Shown here piece by piece: positions 55,336 to 64,000 of a DNA stretch of 64,000 bases. The stretch is taken from positions 206,162 to 270,161 of the forward strand of contig BK006940.2 in NCBI GenBank assembly GCA_000146045.2, written 5' to 3'. Source of the stretch: TPA_inf: Saccharomyces (taxonomy: Eukaryota). A program made the position numbers and the translations under genes. The notes under the pieces are model-generated. The model searched no databases and had not been told where the DNA came from. It was given only the letters and a program-made list of their open reading frames with translations. Position 1 is the first letter of the stretch; every line of letters starts with the position of its first letter.

Positions 55336-58042
55336 CCAAACAAACAGTCGAGAGAAGCGTATGCACAATCATGCAAGAAAAATTTTCTGGAAGAATTTAT
55401 TTAATCTTAAATTACAAATCTTAGTAGTAATGGTCACTTCTGATAGTTTCGAAAAAGGAAAGAGGAGATGACTATTGAGTCAAATTTTTTTGACGGAAAC
55501 TTAGCGACCGAAAAATATATATGATAATAAGAAAACGAATGGCATACAATGATTAGTTTCAAATATTTCACGCGCAAAGAAAGAATTCTACTACCGGAGT
55601 GTGCCCTTCTTGTACTTTATTATCAGACTGTGTCTCTCTAATTGCGTGTTGTCCGCGGAATAATGCTCTAATTTAAAAAATCGACATATTCTGACTTGTA
55701 TGGCGCTTTGCATTGGTGTTTATATGTTAATAACCCCTAATCATACTCTATATGAATACTTTCAAATTTACCAACACAATAAAATCTTCATATTCTCATG
55801 CATGTTTTGCCCTGTATCACTAAATAATACATACTTTACCGAAGCTGGTTGTATTTCGTGTATATCATAGCCAATGATGCCGTTATAATGTCCGAAATAT
55901 TATCGCTTAATGAAGGGAAGCAGCTAACAAATATGACAAATACAGCAATTTCTTACACCGGTAACTAATGATTATACAAACAAGACTTGATTTTTTTTAT
56001 GGCCTGTAAGAATATATCATAACGTGAGTTCTAGATATTTAAAGTTCTTTATGCATATTCTAGTCTACGTATATAGGAGTTCCAAAAAAAAAAAAAATTA
56101 AATGCACGTTATTCTTGACGCTAGTGTAAGTTTTTATGTACTTTACCTGCTAGCTTCGTATTTCTGTCTTGGGATATTCTTGTCCCTATTATGAGAATGT
56201 ACAATATGCAAAATAAAGGTAAAAGATTTGAAAAAGAGAAAATACCCAAATATCAACAAAACTACCTCTATAGGACCTGTCTCATGGTCTTGACAACTTT
56301 ATGCGAAATAAGAACACGATCGTTATATCACTTAACGCTTGAGATATATACAGAATGTAGTACATGTCGGCCCTTCTACGGATTTATTACCATGTGTATA
56401 CTAGAATTGATACCGGCAACCCATAGTGACTTTTAACAGGGCAATTGGATTTGCATAAAAGTATATACAGTAATAATAATATTTCCTGATGAGAAAGGTG
56501 GAAAGTATCGAGTTATGTGTACCTTCAATACCAATCTCTACCTCTCGTTAATAGTGCCACAATGCTATGGATTCTAAGCAATTTAAACCGCATAGCTATT
56601 AGTGTAGACTTCCCACTGTATTTGAATGACACGTTGCCTTCATTCCTTGTTGCGCTGAACTTTCACGTCAGATATATATACATAAGTGCAATAGAGGCCT
56701 AGGCTAATCTGCAAATTTCTCATAGATGTACACCGCCTGTGCCGTACGGCATCGCTATCTTCTGAAAGGAAACTGTAGTAAATTTACCAAAATATCTCCG
56801 AATAAAAAGAAGAGGAACATCTTTTAATGAATTATAGAGTACAAAAGAATCATTTAAAAGAGAGGGCGAGTGAAAACATGAAAAGAAACGTTACTAACTT
56901 AATTGACCTTAAAGTAGCCTCACCAGTTAAGTGCATTATTGATCATTCCATGAATAACCATTTTTAAAGACTAAGATGCTGAGTTGTGTTATATAGAGAG
57001 AAAAAAACGTACTTTCAGTTTCCATATGAGGTGGAGCGCAGGTCATAGGTATGCCGGCTCATTGTTTTCTATTTTAAAAAGTAAAAAATATGCTGCTAAA
57101 GGAACACGTGAGAAATTACATTCTCCCTAGGTCTGCGATAACGCGGTAATATTACACTGCCGCCGCCTTCCATGCCTTTGGAAAGCAGACAATGATGCTA
57201 GGCGGCGCCCAGCAGTATAAACTTTTCTTGCTTATAACCAGAACCTCTATCACAAAATTAGAAACTGCGATACTATGGGTCAGATCGACACATAGGGAGC
57301 ACTATTAGGCGCAAGGCGTATACATAGGCATTGCGTGTTCAAAAATTGTCGTATGAGAAAAGTTCCAAACTTTCCACCATTACTCACCAACAACTTACAC
57401 CAGCCCGGATTTAAGATTTAGCTTCCGAGAATATTGTGACTCAGCCACTGGTCTCTTGAATGTTGCGTGTAGCTTGATTAAGATTATGGCATAACCGTTT
57501 TTTTTACTTGGCAAGAGTGAACGTCCTTTTACTCCAAAAGGCTCCTGATGAAACTGGAGAGTCTCTTTGTTCTGAAATTTTTAAAGTTTAGCACACCATA
57601 TTCACGCTCGAGGTGAACCCAAGTTTTCCTGAAAAATGTGCCATGAACCTGAAAAAAAGAATTATTCTCGAAAATAAAAAAGGCAATCAAGATCGGAAAG
57701 ATAAGCATTTTTTTTCAATCCGTATCTAACATTCATAAAGTGATAAAAAAATTGATAACGATTTTATTGTCGCCTCTTGTTTTGAGTATATTTTTTTAAC
57801 GTTCTTTTTCGGCATTCAAATTCCGTATAATCAACTCAATTGTAAGGCGCCGTAGCATCCAAATAATGTTGAAAGTGCCAATTTGCTCATCAGTGCTAAA
57901 TATTCCTTGATAAAAATATAGAAGACAAGGACATATAAAAAGAAAGACTGCTCTAGTGTTGGGACACCACAATGAAAAAATACTTAACGTGTTTCGAAAC
58001 TGTGAATATAAAATTCCAGCAAAAACCAAAATATTCACTACA

Positions 58043-59065
58043 ATGATTGATCGTACCGAGTTATCGAAGTTTGGTATTACTACGCAACTGTCTGTTATTG
58101 GACGTAATCCAGATGAACAAAGTGGCTTTGTTAATCCACCTTTGTATAAGGGGTCAACCATCATTCTTAAAAAACTTAGTGATTTAGAACAAAGGAAAGG
58201 AAGATTTTACGGGACAGCAGGTTCTCCAACTATTGACAATTTAGAAAATGCCTGGACGCATTTAACCGGCGGTGCTGGGACAGTGCTATCAGCTTCTGGG
58301 CTTGGTTCTATCTCTTTGGCGCTATTGGCCCTTTCGAAAGCTGGTGATCATATCTTGATGACTGATAGTGTCTACGTGCCAACACGTATGCTATGTGATG
58401 GTTTATTGGCCAAGTTCGGTGTTGAAACGGATTATTATGACCCATCAATAGGGAAGGATATAGAAAAACTAGTTAAGCCAAATACAACCGTCATTTTCCT
58501 CGAAAGCCCGGGTTCTGGGACCATGGAAGTACAGGATATTCCAGCTTTGGTCTCTGTTGCCAAAAAGCATGGGATAAAGACAATTCTAGACAACACATGG
58601 GCAACGCCACTCTTTTTTGATGCTCATGCGCATGGTATCGATATTTCGGTAGAAGCTGGGACAAAATATTTGGGTGGTCATTCAGATCTTCTTATTGGTC
58701 TGGCCTCCGCAAATGAAGAATGTTGGCCGCTATTACGGTCAACTTATGATGCAATGGCAATGTTACCAGGTGCCGAGGACTGTCAATTAGCATTGCGAGG
58801 AATGCGTACATTGCACTTAAGATTGAAAGAGGTAGAAAGAAAAGCCCTGGATTTGGCTGCTTGGCTCGGAAATCGAGATGAGGTTGAAAAAGTGCTTCAC
58901 CCCGCCTTTGAAGATTGTCCCGGACATGAATACTGGGTTCGTGACTACAAAGGTTCTTCAGGCTTATTTTCCATTGTCCTTAAAAATGGGTTCACAAGAG
59001 CTGGTCTGGAGAAAATGGTAGAAGGGATGAAAGTTTTGCAATTGGGATTTTCATGGGGTGGCTAG
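58043..59065 (+). CDS. IRC7: Cystathionine beta-lyase / cysteine-S-conjugate beta-lyase Irc7 (340 aa, full-length allele), PLP-dependent
   Basis: Protein MIDRTELSKFGITTQLSVIGRNPDEQSGFVNPPLYKGSTI... of the Cys/Met-metabolism PLP family. The ORF-track start at 57956 is GTG; the first ATG is at 58043. Confidence 0.9.
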   Translation: MIDRTELSKFGITTQLSVIGRNPDEQSGFVNPPLYKGSTIILKKLSDLEQRKGRFYGTAGSPTIDNLENAWTHLTGGAGTVLSASGLGSISLALLALSKAGDHILMTDSVYVPTRMLCDGLLAKFGVETDYYDPSIGKDIEKLVKPNTTVIFLESPGSGTMEVQDIPALVSVAKKHGIKTILDNTWATPLFFDAHAHGIDISVEAGTKYLGGHSDLLIGLASANEECWPLLRSTYDAMAMLPGAEDCQLALRGMRTLHLRLKEVERKALDLAAWLGNRDEVEKVLHPAFEDCPGHEYWVRDYKGSSGLFSIVLKNGFTRAGLEKMVEGMKVLQLGFSWGG

Positions 59066-60434
59066 AAAAGCTTCAACATGGCCTTACAAAGGTTTTGCAC
59101 TAAGAATACAAGTGGGTCTCGAAGAATTTGAAGATTTAAAAAGGGATTTTGAGTTAGGCTTTGAACGTCTCGCAGAAGAAATTTCTTTGAATCCTTTACA
59201 AATCTGATTTTTTTTCCTTTTTTTTTTGGATTTCCAAGCAATGTTGTTTGAGAAATGAATGAAATTTTTGACTATAGCTTGTCTTAGGCAGGCTGGAGTA
59301 GACAACCATCTAGTAGCCAATGTTTGCCCAGTTAATATATGGTTCAATTTTCTAGCTGTATCATATTATGGATGATGAAGCAGATAATCTTTCTTTTTTC
59401 TGTATGTCTGATTGTAATAAAGAGGCTTACCATATTGTGAATGCATTTCAATGACACTGCATAATGAAGTCATTGTATTTAGAAAAGTAATAATTTTGTA
59501 TTGTATAAAGATAGAAAAAACGTATATCGTACTTATTCAGCGGAAATGATTCTGCTTTATCTACTTGCGTTCCTGAATATAATATTTGTGAACCAGGCTT
59601 GAGCTTGACACTACAGATTTTTTAGTTCGATTTCATTCAGTAGAGAAAGGCATATCAATATGACATGTGATCTCACTCCGCGGCTAAATGCTAGCAATAA
59701 AAAGAATACCGTAATAGAGATGCAGCAAAATAACCACTGGTGTTTAAGAAATAATATGATTACGTCAGTAACCGAAGAGCCCGTACGCACTCTGCTACCA
59801 TAGACTATGTATATTGTTACCTATTGTAAATAGCTATGGTTACTCTAAGTACGTATGGTGCTATGCATCTCGGTGAACGGATGCAATTATGAAAGTGTAG
59901 GTCAGAACATCATCGGTGGTTTTGTCGTGTAAAAAAGGTTATAAGGAAAATTATACTCACATGATTTTATTCATCATCGTCTGTGTATCGCTTCAATTAA
60001 CATTTTGAAAAAGAGATTACTTTATATGACGTTATGTATATCTTTCAACTTAAATAACCTTAGCTGGCAAAATAAAGAATAAGATAAGGGCCAAGAAGAA
60101 CGCTAATACTCGTTTTTTTTCAACTACAAAACAACTAGTTGGATAATTTTGAAACAACAAAGTAGAAGTTGTACATATATTTTTGCGCATATGGCTCTGA
60201 AATATCGTATTTTTCAAAAGCCCGATACAAAGCCGTCAGCAATACCCATAGTTAAAGATTCCTTGATAACCTATAGCTTCCGTAGACAACAACACAAATT
60301 TACCACCTACTTTTAACTCACCCATGTTTTTCAGTTTATCAATGAATCTAATAAACGTGGCTTACGTAACAGCTCCGCATGGACTTGAATTTACTCCTAG
60401 CGAGCCTAGTGTTTTAATTGCTTGCATACAATCT

Positions 60435-61244
60435 TCATCGGAAACTAAACAGGAAATAGATGGCCCCTTTCTGTAGTAGAAGAAATGCTGTTGCTGAAAT
60501 CCTCGGACAGTTCAACTCATCCATGATTGTTCTAGAGGTTCCTAGATCAGATGAAGCCTTTTGTAACACCAATGACTTATTGACAGTGTAAGCGGTATCT
60601 GGTTCAACCGAGAAGACTTTCGTATTCGATTTATGCGACCTGTAATATGTTATCACTCCTTGAGCAAAAGAATCAGCCCCACAAGGGACAAATATTACCG
60701 CAGGATCGAATGGTATTTCGCTACACAAGGTAGTGTAACCATAAGAAATCCAGTTAGGAATTTCATCATAACCTATGAATGAAAAATCTTGAATAAGTTG
60801 ATTTTTTTGTCGGATCGCTACTACAAAACTCTAAAGAACTTTTTATTGCATAATCATAGTTACCTTTAATTTTGATAACTTCTGCTCCCTTTTCTGATCT
60901 GATGTTCTCACGCTCTGTTCTAGAACATTCCATGGAGTAAATATTGTAGACTTTAAGCCTAGGATTTTTGCCATGTATGCAACTGCTCTACCATCATTAC
61001 CATCTGTAACAGCCGCTAGCATCAAAGACGGGTGTTGGAATTTGACAATTTGCTTCAATGTATCCAAGGAAGTTTTAGGTAATGGCAGGCTAAATCTTCC
61101 AATCAAACAGCAAAATACACCTCAAGACGCCCCAAGAATTTTGAATGAAGGCGAGCTGAATCCCGAACTTTGTTCTTTAATGTACAATTTAATACCAAAA
61201 TGATTATCCAACTTGATTAGCTTCGATGACTCATACAGATCCAT
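60435..61244 (-). pseudogene. Pseudogene of a PLP-dependent serine/threonine dehydratase family enzyme (fold type II; CHA1/SDL1/ILV1-like), in one frame with three in-frame stop codons
   Basis: Conceptual minus-strand translation: MDLYESSKLIKLDNHFGIKLYIKEQSSGFSSPSFKILGAS* (PLP-lysine motif S-F-K-x-x-G) GVFCCLIGRFSLPLPKTSLDTLKQIVKFQHPSLMLAAVTDGNDGRAVAYMAKILGLKSTIFTP... (the SxGNxG.A.A block) ...*..*SFVVAIRQKNQLIQDFSFIGYDEIPNWISYGYTTLCSEIPFDPAVIFVPCGADSFAQGVITYY...KVFSVEPDTAYTVNKSL...TIMDEL (the GGGG-loop and VEP blocks). Stops: TGA at 61122-61124, TAA at 60843-60845, TAG at 60831-60833. Confidence 0.6.
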
Positions 61245-62899
61245 ACCAATATCAACTTCACGGATAACTTTTTCAACTCTTTTAAATTCTTCAACATCAT
61301 TTTTCGATCAAACTGCGTCAGGTTTTACATATAGATCAAGCGTTGTCGGTTTATACTACGATGTCATTTACGATCTGCTGCCAACAGAAGAAACATTACG
61401 CAGTACCTTGGAAAAATCTAGGCAATTTATAGACATGAATCTCCTATCGTTCTTAAAACAATGTATTTCCTGTCGTTGTCTCGATTCTCTTTTTTGCTAT
61501 TCTGAAGGACAGGTCCATTTATCATCCAGAATTCTAATCCCGAATTTAAGATATCGTAACAGTAACAACATCATATCCAAGCACCGAAGATTCATTGCTC
61601 TATATTCCTTGTCTTCGAATAAGGAAGATACCGCGAAGAGACTCTTTAGGAGTCGGGCTTGACTCCCTGCCAAAGCAGCTATTCCTGTATAACACGCGAT
61701 ATTTTATCTCCTTGTCGTCATGTGAAAGTCAAACAGCGCACGTTTGTTTGATGAAGCAGCAACTCTCCTCTTACTGCTTTTGCAGAATTTTGTGAGAAGC
61801 TCTCTTCTCTTGGAACTAACCTAGCCATATGGCTTTCTGCCCTCTTTCCGTCAACATTACAAGATAAAGATATCGGTATAATTTAAAGATTCGACCTTTA
61901 CGCCCTACATGGCTAAAATTACAATGCCAAAATTATCATGAATTCACTTTGTTGACCCGGAATTACAATACAATGCTTCTAAAAAGAGATTTCTTTTAAA
62001 TTTGTCAAGGGAAGTCATTTATCTCCACACAAACGCACACCGAAATATATATATATATTTAAATTTCCTCATTCTTTGTTGACAGGTTGATTTGTAACTA
62101 GAAATCAAATAATCGGGATGCGCAATACCCTGTAGTAGTCGATTCAAAAACTGATTAAAAAATCACTGACATTTAGCATAAGCGACTGAAAAAATGTACT
62201 GATTTCTTCTCGAGTCATATATACTATTACATGAGTTCGAGTATGGTGTTGTTTTCTTTAGAATGTCTTATCAAGACCGACAATTCATACAGGTCGAGAT
62301 ATGTAAAGTCTACATGCCGAGCTAGGATGAGAAAAAAAGTATACAAATTGCAGGCAAATAAACACACCAAAAGATACTAAAAAAATCTTTTAAAGTTTTG
62401 GTTAGTTATTGGGGATCATCATGCATTTAACGACAACAGAGAAAAGAAAAACAAAAAAAAACAATACAATGTAAAAAGCAGTACTATGTAGGAATAAATC
62501 CTGCCTCAATTGCAGAAAAAAAAAGGTATGCGTAATCTAAATAAGATACTATGTATTGATATTTCATATCACTAACTTCTCTCAGATCAAATATGATTTA
62601 AAGGAGCGATTTCTGGACTGTACAAAAAAAAGAAATAGACTACTTACATCCTATGAAGGTCAGAGAATAAAACGCTTTTCCGTTAAAAAGATCCACCATA
62701 TGGAAGAAAAATACGAGAGTTAAAATGCTATTTAAAAGTGCTAAAGGAATCCCCAGAGACCTCAGCTGAGATAAGTAATATCGTTGATGAATTACAAGGG
62801 AACAATGAGCAGAGGGAAAATGGACAGATCCTTTCGCATTCCTACTTGTTTGATGAGTTCAAATGTGAAATAGTAGCAACAAAAGGTCATAAATCTTCA

Positions 62900-63355
62900 A
62901 TGATATTTGGACCTACTAGTGTCTATAGTAAGTGCTCGGCCAAGTCAAGCGGTATCATTAAAGACACCGCCAAGCTTCCAATATCACGAGTAAGGATCAA
63001 AGTTATGTTAGAGATAACTGTGAGTTTTTTATTTTTTGATCGATTTCCAAGATCATTCCTCAATCATAATCTATATGATTCAATATGTCCTTTCTTTGCG
63101 TGGCAATATACCTCATATTATCTTTCTATTTACAGGCAGTCCTTTCTATTTCATTTCTTACAAAAGGATTTTAGCAACGACTTCGTCTCAGAAGAGTTAA
63201 TATATGCACTAGTTGCACTAGGCGCAAAAAATTCCTTTGACAATAGCCTTTCAAAGCATACATATGAATATTACAACCACTCAAAGAGAAATTTACTGGA
63301 AGATTCGACAAATAAAAATTCAGCTTTTTCAAGTGCAAGCGTAACAAAGCCATAA
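62900..63355 (+). CDS. Subtelomeric ORF of unknown function (151 aa); position and size fit YFR057W
   Basis: First ATG inside the 62738-63355 open frame (MIFGPTSVYSKCSAKSSGIIKDTAKLPISRV...). No recognisable domain; identity is by remembered position and length only. Confidence 0.4.
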   Translation: MIFGPTSVYSKCSAKSSGIIKDTAKLPISRVRIKVMLEITVSFLFFDRFPRSFLNHNLYDSICPFFAWQYTSYYLSIYRQSFLFHFLQKDFSNDFVSEELIYALVALGAKNSFDNSLSKHTYEYYNHSKRNLLEDSTNKNSAFSSASVTKP

Positions 63356-63479
63356 TGCCTCCTATATTTAGCCTTTTTTGATATAACTGTCGGAGAGTTA
63401 ACAAGCGGCTGGACTACTTTCTGGAATAGCGTTCGGAATGTGTTTTACTTAAGGATTCGAACGTGATCCTAACGAGTGG

Positions 63480-63947
63480 ATGCACAGTTCAGAGTTATCT
63501 AACAATATTCGTGAAGGATATGTCAAAATTGGATACGCTTATGTTTATGATATATCATTTATATTAATATATAGTATGCTCACATTTTCTTATTGCTGAA
63601 TAGTTCTTTTTTACGTTTAGCTGAGTTTAACGGTGATTATTAGGTGGATTTTATATTAGTCTACATAAAAATAAGTGGTGGATATCTACATAAAATTGTC
63701 ATAACGCGTAAACTAAAAATTATTTTTATGATCATTGAGGATCTATAATCAACTATAGACATTAATGTATGGATAATCATGAGGATTATAGGTAAATGGC
63801 AAGGGTAAAAACCAGTGAGGCCATTTCCGTGTGTAGTGATCCGAACTCAGTTACTATTGATGGAAATGAGGACTGGGTCATGGGGCGCAATGGAGTGAAG
63901 TAATATATACTTTAGCATACGTGTGCGTACGCCATATCAATATGCTA
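63480..63947. repeat. Subtelomeric X-element core (approximate bounds)
   Basis: Contains an exact ACS, TTTTACGTTTA, at 63609-63619. Contains an Abf1 site, CGTGTGTAGTGAT, at 63827-63839 (reverse complement ATCACTACACACG matches RTCRYNNNNNACG). It abuts the terminal TG1-3 tract. Confidence 0.5.
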
Positions 63948-64000
63948 GTGAGGTGGTGTGGGTGTGGTGTGTGGGTGTGGTGTGTGGGTGTGGTGTGTGG
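63948..64000 (+). repeat. Telomeric TG1-3 repeats (TEL06R end)
   Basis: gtgaggtggtgtgggtgtggtgtgtgggtgtggtgtgtgggtgtggtgtgtgg, an irregular (TG)1-3 run that reaches the end of the window. Confidence 0.9.

Noticed and set aside
56340-56370. Short delta-like stretch (tatacagaatgtagtaca vs delta tatacagaatatactaga)
   Set aside because: Match does not extend into the flanks; insufficient.
57796-58164. 122-aa minus-strand ORF overlapping the IRC7 start (fits dubious YFR056C)
   Set aside because: Antisense to a well-supported CDS, low-complexity, no recognisable fold; likely not a real gene.
51040-59910. Shared 12-mer tgtaggtcagaa at 51046 and 59897
   Set aside because: Expected by chance many times in 64 kb; flanks do not extend the match.
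61213-61795. Plus-strand ORFs of 149 aa (TTG start) and 66 aa
   Set aside because: Antisense to the N-terminal part of the dehydratase pseudogene; first in-frame ATG is at codon 75.

Overview
This window reads as the distal ~64 kb of the right arm of Saccharomyces cerevisiae chromosome VI, ending in the right telomere. If my remembered SGD coordinates are right it is about chrVI:206,162-270,161; IRC7, YFR057W and both tRNA genes land at their remembered positions. It is a dense, well-characterised stretch of about 35 nuclear protein genes: ECO1, CDC14, PTR3, MET10, SMC2, RPL2A, RRT5, RPL29, QCR6, PHO4, CDC26, RSC8, IRC5, OSW7, SAP155, ERJ5, KEG1, IRC6, DUG1, YFR045W, CNN1, BNA6, RMD8, YMR31, PRE4, RET2, RPN12, HXK1, YFR054C, IRC7 and YFR057W. 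Two genes carry introns: RPL2A has a 4-nt first exon and YFR045W a 12-nt first exon. There are two intron-containing or plain tRNA genes on the minus strand, tRNA-Tyr(GUA) and tRNA-Lys(CUU). The far end holds an X-element core and terminal TG1-3 repeats. Recognisable promoter motifs sit at the expected genes: MCB boxes at ECO1 and SMC2, Cbf1 boxes at MET10, PACE boxes at PRE4 and RPN12, Rap1 sites upstream of RPL2A, and STRE plus Mig1 boxes upstream of HXK1. I see no evidence of a novel multi-gene system. The features that standard ORF calling does not explain are all in the last ~14 kb, which is gene-poor and subtelomeric. First, a single-frame pseudogene of a PLP-dependent serine/threonine-dehydratase-family enzyme lies next to IRC7, disabled by three nonsense codons. 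Second, a degenerate ~300-bp tandem array encodes Ser/Thr-rich peptides and runs up to a signal-peptide-like ORF, which looks like the decayed remains of a secreted adhesin-type gene around YFR054C. Third, there are two degenerate solo Ty1/Ty2 delta LTR remnants and a ~3.5 kb ORF-free gap. Gene identities rest on recognising the translated proteins and their order; no database search was possible. Note that the supplied ORF track accepts TTG/GTG starts, so several annotated starts were moved to the first in-frame ATG.
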